Shown piece after piece: positions 9,136 to 17,733 of a stretch of 35,443 nt of DNA. The position numbers and the translations under genes are program-made. The stretch is taken from assembly GCA_031408275.1 (NCBI GenBank), contig JANNWA010000347.1, positions 1-35,443 on the forward strand. Direction: 5' to 3'. This stretch comes from Pseudomonadota bacterium. Lineage in GTDB: Bacteria; Pseudomonadota; Gammaproteobacteria; Burkholderiales; SG8-39. How positions within the stretch are numbered: the first letter of the stretch is position 1; each line of letters starts with the position of its first letter. The notes beneath the pieces are model-generated. The model was not told where the DNA came from, ran no database searches, and saw nothing but the letters and a program-made list of their open reading frames with translations.

Positions 9136-10659
9136 CTACATGGTGGCGCCCAGGACCCACGGCGCGAATTCGTCTTCGCCGTAGCCCCAGGCTTCGCTCT
9201 TGGACTGCTTGCCTGACGCCGTCTCGAGAATCAGGTCGAATATCCGCCTGCCTGCGGCCTCGATCGATTCCTTGCCGTCCACGATTGTGCCGCAATTCAG
9301 GTCCATGTCCTCTTCCTGGTGGGCGTAGAGGGCGCTGTTGGTGGCGAGCTTGAGCGAAGGCGCTGGCTTGCAGCCGTAGGCCGAGCCGCGGCCGGTGGTG
9401 AACAGGATCATGTTCGCGCCGCCCGCCACCTGGCCGGTGGCCGATACCGGGTCGTAGCCCGGGGTATCCATGTAGTTGAAGCCCTTGATCGTCATGGGCT
9501 GCGCGTATTCGAGTACGTCGACCAGGTTGGTCGTCCCGCCCTTGGCTACCGCGCCCAGGGATTTCTCGAGGATGGTGGTGAGCCCGCCCGCCTTGTTGCC
9601 GGGGGAGGGGTTGTTGTTCATCTCGTTGCCGTTGCGGCGGGTGTATTCCTCCCACCAGCGGATGCGGCGTACGAGCTTCTCCCCGACTTCGCGACTCACC
9701 GCGCGGCGCGTTAGCAGGTGCTCGGCGCCGTAGATCTCCGGGGTTTCGGACAGGATCGCCGAACCGCCGTGGCGCACCAGCAGGTCGACGGCATGGCCCA
9801 GGGCCGGATTGGCCGAAATCCCCGAGTAACCGTCCGAACCGCCGCATTGGAGGCCGAGCGTGAGGTGGCTCGCGGGCACCGTCACGCGCACCGCCTTGTT
9901 GGCCTCGGGCAGCGCGGCTTCGACGCGCGCGATGCCTTCGCGCACGGCCTTCATCGTGCCGCCCTTGCCCTGGATGGTGTAGGTGGAGAACCTGTCGCTG
10001 CGCTTGAGCTCCTGGGTGGAGACGAAACTCGAGATCTGGTTCGCCTCGCAGCCGAGGCCCACGACCTGCACGGCGCTGAAGTTGGGGTGGCGCGCGTAGC
10101 CCGCCATGGTCCTGCGCAGCAGGTCCATGGCCTCGCCTTCGGAAGCCATGCCGCAACCGGACTTGTGGGTCAGGGCCACTACCCCGTCCACATTCGGGTA
10201 GGCATCCAGCCGGTTCCTGAAATGGTCGGCCACCATGCGCGCAACCGTGGCCGAGCAGTTAACGCTCGTCAGGATGCCGATGTAGTTGCGCGTTGCAACG
10301 CGGCCATCGGCGCGCACGATGCCCTGGAATGTCGCCGCGGGCTGCACGTACTCGGTGGGCTTCTGGTCCACGCAAAACGCGTAGTCCCGCTGGAAATCGC
10401 CCATCGCCAGGTTGTGCACGTGAACGTGATCCCCGGCGGCGATGTCCTGCGAGGCGAACCCGATGATCTGGTCGTAGCGTCGCACGGGCTTGCCCTTCGC
10501 CACATCGCGCACGGCGATCTTGTGGCCGGCGGGAACGGTCGCGGTCGCCCGCACGTTGCCCTCTTTCACGAGTGTGGTGCCCGAGGGGATCTCCACCCGG
10601 GCGATGACCACATCGTCCGCGGGGTTGAGGCGGATGGTCAGGTCGGCGGCTTGAAGCAT
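9136..10659 (-). CDS. UxaA/GarD family aldonate dehydratase with N-terminal SAF domain
   Basis: PAGHKIA..HVHVHN SAF domain, TSVNCSA, HKSGCG, GLGCE, QCGGSDG, SETPE, NPSPGNKAGG, FTTGRGS. Confidence 0.92.
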   Translation of the reverse strand: MLQAADLTIRLNPADDVVIARVEIPSGTTLVKEGNVRATATVPAGHKIAVRDVAKGKPVRRYDQIIGFASQDIAAGDHVHVHNLAMGDFQRDYAFCVDQKPTEYVQPAATFQGIVRADGRVATRNYIGILTSVNCSATVARMVADHFRNRLDAYPNVDGVVALTHKSGCGMASEGEAMDLLRRTMAGYARHPNFSAVQVVGLGCEANQISSFVSTQELKRSDRFSTYTIQGKGGTMKAVREGIARVEAALPEANKAVRVTVPASHLTLGLQCGGSDGYSGISANPALGHAVDLLVRHGGSAILSETPEIYGAEHLLTRRAVSREVGEKLVRRIRWWEEYTRRNGNEMNNNPSPGNKAGGLTTILEKSLGAVAKGGTTNLVDVLEYAQPMTIKGFNYMDTPGYDPVSATGQVAGGANMILFTTGRGSAYGCKPAPSLKLATNSALYAHQEEDMDLNCGTIVDGKESIEAAGRRIFDLILETASGKQSKSEAWGYGEDEFAPWVLGATM

Positions 10660-10669
10660 TGGCAGGCCC

Positions 10670-12070
10670 TCAGAAGAACTGGCGCGGCAGCCAGAGTGAA
10701 ATACTGGGGACGTAGGTTATCAGCCCCAGGCTCAGCAGCAAGGGGACCAGCCACGGCAGGATCGCAATCGTGGTGCGCTCCACAGAGAGTTTGGCCACCC
10801 GAGCGAGCACGAACAGGACCATGCCCATGGGCGGATGGAGCAGGCCGATCATCAGGTTGAGCACCATGACGAGGCCGAAGTGCACCGGGTCGATGCCCAG
10901 CTGGTGGCAGATCGGCAGCAAGATCGGCACCAGGATCGTAATCGCCGCCGTCGGCTCCAGGAAGCACCCCACGAACAGCATCAGGAGGTTGGCAAGGAGG
11001 AGGAACACGGCGGGATTGTGCGTGTAGGCGAGCACCATGGACGCAACGGCGTCGGTCACTCGGGTGACGGTCAGGAGCCAGCCGAAGATCGAAGCCGAGG
11101 CGACGATCAGCAGGACCGTCGCGGTGGTCTCGACCGTATCCATAGAAACCTTGACCAGCATCTTCCACTTGAGCGTCCGGTACCACACCAGCCCGAGGAA
11201 CATGGCCCAGACGCAGGCCGCAATCGCGCCTTCGGTGGCGGTAAAGACCCCGCTGGTCATCCCTCCGATCAGCAGCACCGGGGTCATGATCGGCAGCACG
11301 GCGTTGAAGCGGAAGAAGCGGTCCGCCGCCAGCAGCACGACCAGTGCGGCGAAGAATGTCGGGGCTGGCGCCGTGCCGGCCTGGGTCGCCGCCCAGATTG
11401 CGGTGGGAAATACCGCGACGACGACGAGCTCCAGGAATGCCTTGTTGATGCGCGGCCAGCTGAATGCAACGTCGCGGCCCCAGCCGTTGCGGTGTGCGAA
11501 GTAGGCCACGGTCAGCATCATGAGGATCGTCATCACGACGCCTGGAACGATGCCAGCCAGGAAGAGCTGCCCGACCGAGACGTTGGCGAACATCGCGTAG
11601 ATCACGAAAGGCAGCGAAGGCGGGATGATCGGCCCGAGGGTGGCCGAGGCCGCGGTCACGCCGACCGCGAATTCCTTCGAGTATCCATGGTCCGTCATGG
11701 CCTTGATCTCGATGGTGCCCAGGCCTGCGGCGTCGGCGATCGCCGTGCCGGACATGCCCGCGAAGATCACCGAGCCGACCACGTTGACATGACCGAGGCC
11801 GCCTTTCAGCCAGCCCACCAGCGCCAGGGCGAAGTTGTAGATGCGGTTGGTGATTCCAGCCGAGTTCATCAGGTTGCCGGCCATGATGAAGAACGGCACG
11901 GCCAGCAGGGGAAAGCTGTCGATCCCGTTCACCATGCGGTGGATCACCACGAAATCGGGGATGGTGCCGGAGAGCATCACGTACAGCAGCGACGCCCCCG
12001 CCATCGCCAGCGCGACGGGCACGCCCGCGCACATCAGCACCAGGAACGAGATCAGCAGCGCCGCGGTCAT
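10670..12070 (-). CDS. dctM: TRAP transporter large permease (DctM)
   Basis: SFPLLAVPFFI.AG.LMN, SGTAIADAA, GPIIPPS, FTATE, GIDPVHFG, LHPPMG. Confidence 0.93.
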   Translation of the reverse strand: MTAALLISFLVLMCAGVPVALAMAGASLLYVMLSGTIPDFVVIHRMVNGIDSFPLLAVPFFIMAGNLMNSAGITNRIYNFALALVGWLKGGLGHVNVVGSVIFAGMSGTAIADAAGLGTIEIKAMTDHGYSKEFAVGVTAASATLGPIIPPSLPFVIYAMFANVSVGQLFLAGIVPGVVMTILMMLTVAYFAHRNGWGRDVAFSWPRINKAFLELVVVAVFPTAIWAATQAGTAPAPTFFAALVVLLAADRFFRFNAVLPIMTPVLLIGGMTSGVFTATEGAIAACVWAMFLGLVWYRTLKWKMLVKVSMDTVETTATVLLIVASASIFGWLLTVTRVTDAVASMVLAYTHNPAVFLLLANLLMLFVGCFLEPTAAITILVPILLPICHQLGIDPVHFGLVMVLNLMIGLLHPPMGMVLFVLARVAKLSVERTTIAILPWLVPLLLSLGLITYVPSISLWLPRQFF

Positions 12071-12651
12071 GCCTGCTCACTCCCCGCGATCTCGGGGCGC
12101 TCCAGCACGCTGAATCCCTGGCGCCAGTGCTTGATCGCCGTCGTGACCGAGCGGTAGCACATTAGGGCGAACCCGAACATGACGAACCCGTAGATGATGC
12201 CGATCGGCCAGTCGATGATCGCCATCTGCTGCCTGCCGATCCGGCCCATCAGCAGCCAGGTGAGGTAGGTCGCGTACGCGAAGAACAGTACCCGTGTCAC
12301 GTCCACGAACGTGGCCGCCGCGCGGGCCAGGGGCCGCGGCATGAAACGGTAAAAGACATCGACGTGGATGTGGGTGTTCTTGCGCACCGACACCGAGGCG
12401 CCGACAAACACCGTGCAAATGAGGAGATACCTCGCGATCTCCTCGGTCCAGGAGGCCGAGTCGTTCAGCGCGTAGCGGGTGAAGAACTGGTAGAACACGG
12501 TGAACGCCAGCACCCAGAACAGGCCGAACGATACCCAGTCCTCCCAGCCGTACACCGAGATGTCGACGGGCTCGTCGGTGACGTGGAATTCCCCGTCGGC
12601 GCCGAGTATCTGCTCGGCTTTGTTTTCAATATCCGGCGCGTGGATCGACAT
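12067..12651 (-). CDS. dctQ: TRAP transporter small permease (DctQ)
   Basis: QFFTRYALN...WTEEIARY, HIHVD; four hydrophobic segments; ATGA overlap with dctM. Confidence 0.92.
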   Translation of the reverse strand: MSIHAPDIENKAEQILGADGEFHVTDEPVDISVYGWEDWVSFGLFWVLAFTVFYQFFTRYALNDSASWTEEIARYLLICTVFVGASVSVRKNTHIHVDVFYRFMPRPLARAAATFVDVTRVLFFAYATYLTWLLMGRIGRQQMAIIDWPIGIIYGFVMFGFALMCYRSVTTAIKHWRQGFSVLERPEIAGSEQA

Positions 12652-12669
12652 CAGGTGCTCCGCATCCGC

Positions 12670-13650
12670 TTACTTGATCGCCTGTACCTTGTCGTACAGT
12701 GCCTTGTCCCACGTCGCATCCGCCCCGAGGTGGAAGGGCGTGAACACGGACTTGAACGCCGCGCGGTCGGATTTCACCACCGTCTTCTTGTACTTGCCGG
12801 CGAAGTCGTCGACCAGTTTGATCTCGGAAGCAGCGATCTAGCCGGTGGCCTTGGCGGAGGCCTCGCGGAAGATCGCTTCGAAAGCCTTCTTGTCCGCGTC
12901 CGAGAGCTTGCCCCAGAGCTGACCGCTCACGATGGTGAGCAGCATCTCGGTGATATGGCCGGTGAGATTGATATGGGACTGCACCTCGTAGAACTTCTTC
13001 GCCTCGATCGTGGGCAGCGGGTTCTCCTGCGCATCCACCGTCTTGTTCTGCAGCGCGAGGTAGACCTCGGCGAACGCAATCGGCGTCGCATTCGCGCCGA
13101 CCACTTTTGGGTACATGACGTAGAGCGGAGCGTCGGGGACGCGCAGCTTCAGCCCCTTCATGTCCTCGGGCTTGTTGATGGCCTTGTTCGCCGTGGTGTG
13201 CCGCACGCCGTAGTAGGTGACCGCCAGCGGCTTGTTGCCGCCTTTCTTGAAGTAGGCCTCCATGACGTCCTTGAGGACGGCGCTCTCCGAGTACTTTTTC
13301 CAGTGGTCGAAATCGCGGAACATGTACGGCGCCCCCCCGATCGCGAGGGGCGGGTAGGTGCGCGCGGCGAAGGCCTGGCCGGTGTAGATGACATCGATCG
13401 TGCCCAGCGTGAGGGACTGGTTGATGTCGGTTTCCTTGCCCAGCGCCGAAGCGGCAAATACGTCCATCGTGTAGCGGTTGGCGGTGCGCTTGGCGATTTC
13501 GCCCGCGGCCCAGACGGCGGCCGTGTGATAGGGCTCCCCGGTTTCGTACACATGGGCGAACTTGAGTTTCTGCTGCGCCAGGGCCGAGGCCGGAATGGCG
13601 AGCGCCGCGAGCAGAGCTGCCGTCAGCGTAATCCTGTGATTGAGTCCCAC
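12670..13650 (-). pseudogene. dctP: TRAP substrate-binding protein (DctP/SiaP-like) interrupted by one in-frame TAG at 12838-12840
   Basis: Signal peptide, KGLKLRVP, AEVYLALQ..TVDAQENP. After TAG the same frame continues for 55 codons (IAASEIKLVDDFAGKYKK...WDKALYDKVQAIK) to TAA at 12670-12672, restoring a typical 326-aa length. Confidence 0.85.
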
Positions 13651-13665
13651 GGTCTACCTCACTCG

Positions 13666-14367
13666 TTAGTAGGTGGCCCTGCCACCGGAAATGTCGAATA
13701 CCCCAGCCGTCGAGAACGAGCAGTCCTCCGAAGCCAGCCAGCCGACCAGCGCGGCGATTTCGTCGACCTGCACGAATCGGTTCATCGGGATCTTGGAGAG
13801 CATGTAGTTGATGTGCTGCTCGGTCATCTGGTCGAAGATCGCGGTCTTTGCGGCAGCCGGCGTCACGCAGTTGACCAGCACCCCGGTCTGGGCGAGTTCC
13901 TTGCCCAGCGACTTGGTGAGCGAGATCACGCCGGCCTTGGAAGCCGAATAGGCCACCGCGTTCGGGTTGCCCTCCTTGCCGGCGACCGAGGCGATGTTGA
14001 CGATGCGGCCGTACCCGGCCTTCACCATGTGGGGCGCGACCGCGCGGCAGCAGAGGAACTGGCTGGTGAGGTTGACCGACAGGACCTTGAGCCATTCTTC
14101 CACCGGGTAGTCGACGGTGGGCTTGTTCATGCCGGCGATGCCGGCGTTGTTCACCAGCACGTCCACCTTGCCGAGGTCGGCGACGGCTTGCGCCGTGGCG
14201 CGCTCCACCGAAGCCGGGTCGGCGACATCCACCTTGTCCGGCGCGTCCAGGTCCCAGACCCGCACTTTGGCGCCGGAGGCCTCCAGCCGCTTGACGATGG
14301 CGGCGCCGATGCCTTGCATGCCGCCGGTGACGATGGCGGTCCGGCCCTTGAAATCGAGTTGATTCAT
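13666..14367 (-). CDS. SDR oxidoreductase, similar to 2-keto-3-deoxy-L-rhamnonate 4-dehydrogenase type
   Basis: TGGMQGIG, NNAG, ASVAGKEGNPNA.AYSASK, FSTAGVFDISGGRATY; start moved to ATG 14367; substrate is inferred. Confidence 0.8.
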   Translation of the reverse strand: MNQLDFKGRTAIVTGGMQGIGAAIVKRLEASGAKVRVWDLDAPDKVDVADPASVERATAQAVADLGKVDVLVNNAGIAGMNKPTVDYPVEEWLKVLSVNLTSQFLCCRAVAPHMVKAGYGRIVNIASVAGKEGNPNAVAYSASKAGVISLTKSLGKELAQTGVLVNCVTPAAAKTAIFDQMTEQHINYMLSKIPMNRFVQVDEIAALVGWLASEDCSFSTAGVFDISGGRATY

Positions 14368-14569
14368 GTGATTCCCGCGGATCTGTTTCGGATGTCTACT
14401 GGTCTGCAATCTGCCGGTAAAGGCGACGCGGTTCTACGGCTTGGAATGGCATTGTCTCGTCCGCCGGACTTATTGGTGGAGTGCGGCTTCCGGCTGGCGA
14501 GGCAGACTATCAATGCTGCCGGGGGTTGGTCAAATGGTCGGGCCAGTTTTGGAAAACTAAAATCGGCAG

Positions 14570-14651
14570 GCGAGACGAGAAGAGGGGTTCCACCCCTCCT
14601 CAAACGTCCATGCGAGACGAGAAGATGGGTTCCACCCCTCCTCAAACCTCC
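14570..14651. repeat. Two tandem copies (period 42 bp) of a 40-bp unit containing a hairpin; REP-like
   Basis: GCGAGACGAGAAGA(G/T)GGGTTCCACCCCTCCTCAAAC(G/C)TCC at 14570-14609 and 14612-14651, 2 mismatches; GAGGGGT-TCC-ACCCCTC stem in copy 1. Confidence 0.9.
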
Positions 14652-14663
14652 CCGGACGCGCGT

Positions 14664-14672
14664 TGCTATAAT
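14664..14672 (+). promoter_or_regulatory. Extended -10 sigma70 promoter element for the SDR-FAH pair
   Basis: Exact TGCTATAAT about 55 bp upstream of the TTG start at 14726, in GC-rich DNA. Confidence 0.65.
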
Positions 14673-14725
14673 CCGCGCTCCCCCGCAGTTGCAGATCGCG
14701 CCACGAACCGAAACGGGAGAGAACT

Positions 14726-15466
14726 TTGGCAGGCAGACTGGCAGGCAAGATCGCGGTGATCACCGCCGCAGGGCAGGGCATCGGCCGCGCCTCGGCGGAA
14801 GCATTCGCGCGGGAGGGGGCGACCGTCTGGGCGACCGACGTGAATCCGAAAACGCTATCCGAACTCGAGGGCAGGCCCGGCATCAAGACCCGGATCCTCG
14901 ACGTCATGGACGAATCCGCGGTCAACGCGGCGTCCAAGGACATCGGTGCGATCGACATCCTCTTCAACTGCGCCGGTTACGTCCACCAGGGCACGATCTT
15001 CGATTGCACGCCCAAGGACTGGGAGTTCAGCTTCAACCTCAACGTGCGCTCCATGTACTACACCTGCCGGGCGTTCCTGCCGGCCATGCTGGCCAAGGGC
15101 GGCGGCTCGATCATCAACATGTCCTCGATCGCCTCCAGCGTGAAAGGCCTGCCCAACCGCGTCGTGTACGGCGCGTCCAAGGCGGCCGTGATCGGGCTGA
15201 CCAAGGCGATCGCCGCCGACTACGTGAAGCAGGGCATCCGCTGCAATGCCATCGGCCCGGGCACCGTGGACACGCCGTCGCTGCACGACCGCATCAACGC
15301 GTTCGCCGACCCGGTGCAGGCCAGGAAGGACTTCATCGCGCGCCAGCCGATGGGGCGCCTCGGCGCCCCGGAGGACATCACCGGTATCATCGTGTTCCTC
15401 GCGTCCGACGAATCGAAATTCGCCACCGGCAACATGTACTCGGTCGATGGCGGAATGACTATCTAG
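14726..15466 (+). CDS. SDR oxidoreductase, 2-keto-3-deoxy-L-fuconate dehydrogenase / BDH2-like
   Basis: TAAGQGIG, LFNCAGYVHQG, YGASKAAV, PGTVDTPSL..RI, FIARQPMGRLG; TTG start with GGGAGA RBS. Confidence 0.85.
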   Translation: MAGRLAGKIAVITAAGQGIGRASAEAFAREGATVWATDVNPKTLSELEGRPGIKTRILDVMDESAVNAASKDIGAIDILFNCAGYVHQGTIFDCTPKDWEFSFNLNVRSMYYTCRAFLPAMLAKGGGSIINMSSIASSVKGLPNRVVYGASKAAVIGLTKAIAADYVKQGIRCNAIGPGTVDTPSLHDRINAFADPVQARKDFIARQPMGRLGAPEDITGIIVFLASDESKFATGNMYSVDGGMTI

Positions 15467-15484
15467 AGCTAAAGGGAGATCTGA

Positions 15485-16333
15485 ATGAAACTTTGTCGCT
15501 ATGGCAAGAACGGCTTCGAGAAGCCGGGCATGATCGATGCCGATGGGAAGCTGCGCGACCTGTCCAAGGTCGTGGGCAACATCGGGCCGAACGAAATCTC
15601 GCCGCGCGGGCTGAAGAACCTGGCGCGAATCAAGCCCGAAACGCTCCCGATAGTCGCCGGAAACCCGCGCATGGGCGTGCCATACGTCGGCATCGGCAAG
15701 TTCGTGGCCATCGGCCTGAACTACTCGGACCACGCCAAGGAGGCCGGCATGGCGATCCCCAGCGAGCCGATCATCTTCATGAAGGCCACCACCTGCATCA
15801 ACGGGCCGGACGACGACGTCATCCAGCCGCCCGCTTCCACCAGGCTCGACTGGGAATGCGAGCTCGGCATCGTGATCGGCACCGCCGCGCGGCACGTCTC
15901 GCAGGACAAGGCGCTCGGGCACGTCGCAGGCTACTGCGTGGTGAACGACGTCTCCGAGCGGGCCTTCCAGCTGCAGTCCTCCCAATGGGACAAGGGCAAG
16001 GGCTACGACACATTCGGGCCGATCGGCCCTTGGCTCGTGACCACCGACGAGATTCCCGACCCGCAGGTGCTGGACATGTTTCTCGACGTCAACGGCAAGC
16101 GCATGCAGGGCGGCAACACGCGCACAATGATCTTCGGCTGCGCGCATCTCGTGTCCTATGTGAGCCAGTACATGACGCTGCTGCCCGGCGATATCATCAC
16201 CACCGGCACGCCCCCGGGGGTCGGGATGGGTGTGAAGCCCAACCCGGTGTTCCTCAAGCCGGGCGACGTGATGACCGTAGGCATCCAGGGCTTGGGCCAG
16301 CAGAAGCAGAAAGTGGTGCCGTACTCCGGCTAG
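15485..16333 (+). CDS. Fumarylacetoacetate hydrolase family protein (2,4-diketo-3-deoxy-acid hydrolase-like)
   Basis: IGLNYSDH, DWECELG, NDVSER, QWDKGK..DTFGPIGP, PGDIITTGTPPGVG. Confidence 0.9.
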   Translation: MKLCRYGKNGFEKPGMIDADGKLRDLSKVVGNIGPNEISPRGLKNLARIKPETLPIVAGNPRMGVPYVGIGKFVAIGLNYSDHAKEAGMAIPSEPIIFMKATTCINGPDDDVIQPPASTRLDWECELGIVIGTAARHVSQDKALGHVAGYCVVNDVSERAFQLQSSQWDKGKGYDTFGPIGPWLVTTDEIPDPQVLDMFLDVNGKRMQGGNTRTMIFGCAHLVSYVSQYMTLLPGDIITTGTPPGVGMGVKPNPVFLKPGDVMTVGIQGLGQQKQKVVPYSG

Positions 16334-16361
16334 TTCCCGGGGAACGCCCCGGAAGCGCACG

Positions 16362-16390
16362 AAAAAAAGCCCGGCTTGCCGGGCTTTTTC
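16362..16390. terminator. Bidirectional intrinsic terminator
   Basis: AAAAAAA-GCCCGG-CTTG-CCGGGC-TTTTT between convergent genes. Confidence 0.9.
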
Positions 16391-16406
16391 ATTGGTTGCG
16401 CCGTGC

Positions 16407-16571
16407 TCAGATGCCCGGCTTGGCCTCGTCCGCAACGGGCGGCTGGCCTTCAGCCGCCTCGGGCTCGCCGGCGGCTTTCGCGGCGAGTTTCTTCAGGCGC
16501 TTTTCTTCCTGCTTTTTCTTCTTGGCGAGTTCTTTCTGGCGCTTCTCGTATTGGAAATTAGGCTTGGCCAA
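16407..16571 (-). CDS. Small Lys-rich hypothetical protein (54 aa)
   Basis: TTG start at 16571 with AAGGAG RBS; MAKPNFQYEKRQKELAKKKKQEEKRLKK; ends just before the terminator. Confidence 0.75.
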   Translation of the reverse strand: MAKPNFQYEKRQKELAKKKKQEEKRLKKLAAKAAGEPEAAEGQPPVADEAKPGI

Positions 16572-16794
16572 TTCGACGTACTCCTTGAGGTAGGGTCGAA
16601 AATCCCGGATGCACAACCGGGAGGATAGCCCAAAGTCGCTCGGTCAGTCGCGGATTGGTGCTATTGGACCCAGACGAAGCTGGCGAAGGGCCTGGCGATG
16701 CAGCGCGGGTCGCCCCCCCAAGAAGGCCTTGCGTTCAACCGCGGAGCGCGCGAAATCATCGCTCAGGGTGATCGAAGCCTGTCGCCCGGGCAGA

Positions 16795-17733
16795 TCAGAG
16801 CCGGTAGAAGCCGACGGCATTGTCGTGAAACAACTTGCTGCGCTCTGAAGCAGTCAGCTCGCTGGACATACGCCAGAAATCACGGAACAGCCGGTCGAAT
16901 GTCACCCGCAGGCCGTCCACCGGAAAGTTCGACGCGAACATGCATCGATCGATCCCGAAGATCTCGATCGCCTCCAGTACGATTCTGCGGTTGGCCTCGA
17001 AATCCCACGGACAGTCGGGCAGGCACAGGCAGGAAAGCTTGCAGCAGACCTGCTCGCAGGCGGCCAGCGCCGTCATTCCCCGTCGCCACCCGGAGAGCCC
17101 TGCTTCGCTCCGGTCCCACGGGAACCCGGCGTGGTTCAGCACCACGGGAAGGTCTGGATTCGCGCGAACCACCTGCGCGGCTTCTTCCAGATGCCAGGTT
17201 GGCACCCGCAAATCCCACGACAGGTCGAATTTCCGCAGCAGCCGCAGTCCGGCAAGCCAGTTCGGATCCTGCATCGAGCCGGCGGCCCCGGCCACCGATT
17301 CCCCCGGGCGGGGGCTGGTCACGGGCTTTGAGCGAATGCCGCGCACGAGCGGAAATGCCTTTTGCTGCGCAAGGATTTCCTCCGCGTTGGCGGTGTGGAG
17401 CCATGCGTGCGCGACGACGGCGTCCGGCATGCCATAGCGGGCGTTCAGCTCGGTGAGCCAACGTGTCTCCGCGACCTGCTGATCACGGCGGCACTCGGCC
17501 TCGACGTGCACGGTCTTCACGACGGCCTGGCCGGCCGCGTCGCGCCGGTAGTCCGGCGGCAGGTAGTCACGTTTCAGTGTGGCGTACTCGCCGAGAAAGA
17601 ACTCGTGCGGCTCCTGATCCTGCAGCCATGGGTAATGCAGCGGTCCGCCGGAGAGCTGCCAGAGGTGGTGGTGCGCGTCGACAATAGGTATGACGGGCGA
17701 CCGTGTCTCGCCATCCGCCTTGCTAGCGGTCAT
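16795..17733 (-). CDS. Amidohydrolase-2 family protein (sugar lactonase-like)
   Basis: DAHHHLW, TVHVEA, RGIR, VLNHAGFP, CKLS, MFASNFPVD; start 17733 overlaps the upstream stop. Confidence 0.87.
   Translation of the reverse strand: MTASKADGETRSPVIPIVDAHHHLWQLSGGPLHYPWLQDQEPHEFFLGEYATLKRDYLPPDYRRDAAGQAVVKTVHVEAECRRDQQVAETRWLTELNARYGMPDAVVAHAWLHTANAEEILAQQKAFPLVRGIRSKPVTSPRPGESVAGAAGSMQDPNWLAGLRLLRKFDLSWDLRVPTWHLEEAAQVVRANPDLPVVLNHAGFPWDRSEAGLSGWRRGMTALAACEQVCCKLSCLCLPDCPWDFEANRRIVLEAIEIFGIDRCMFASNFPVDGLRVTFDRLFRDFWRMSSELTASERSKLFHDNAVGFYRL

Noticed and set aside
8438-10156. Long N-terminal extensions in the ORF track (also on 6822-7688, 18595-20079, 20067-21326, 26190-27854, 28723-32007, 32790-34010)
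   Set aside because: They overlap genuine neighbouring genes; family homology begins at the downstream starts given in the features
12838-12840. Pyrrolysine or genome-wide TAG reassignment
   Set aside because: TAG ends aceF, phoU, argA and others at the expected positions; no pyl genes seen; the site is not catalytic
14570-14651. Possible mini-CRISPR array
   Set aside because: Only two units separated by 2 nt, no spacer, no cas genes
12364-16593. 1409-aa plus-strand ORF
   Set aside because: Shadow frame running antisense to dctQ/dctP/SDR and off-frame over SDR/FAH; Arg/Gly-rich with no motifs, as expected in GC-rich DNA
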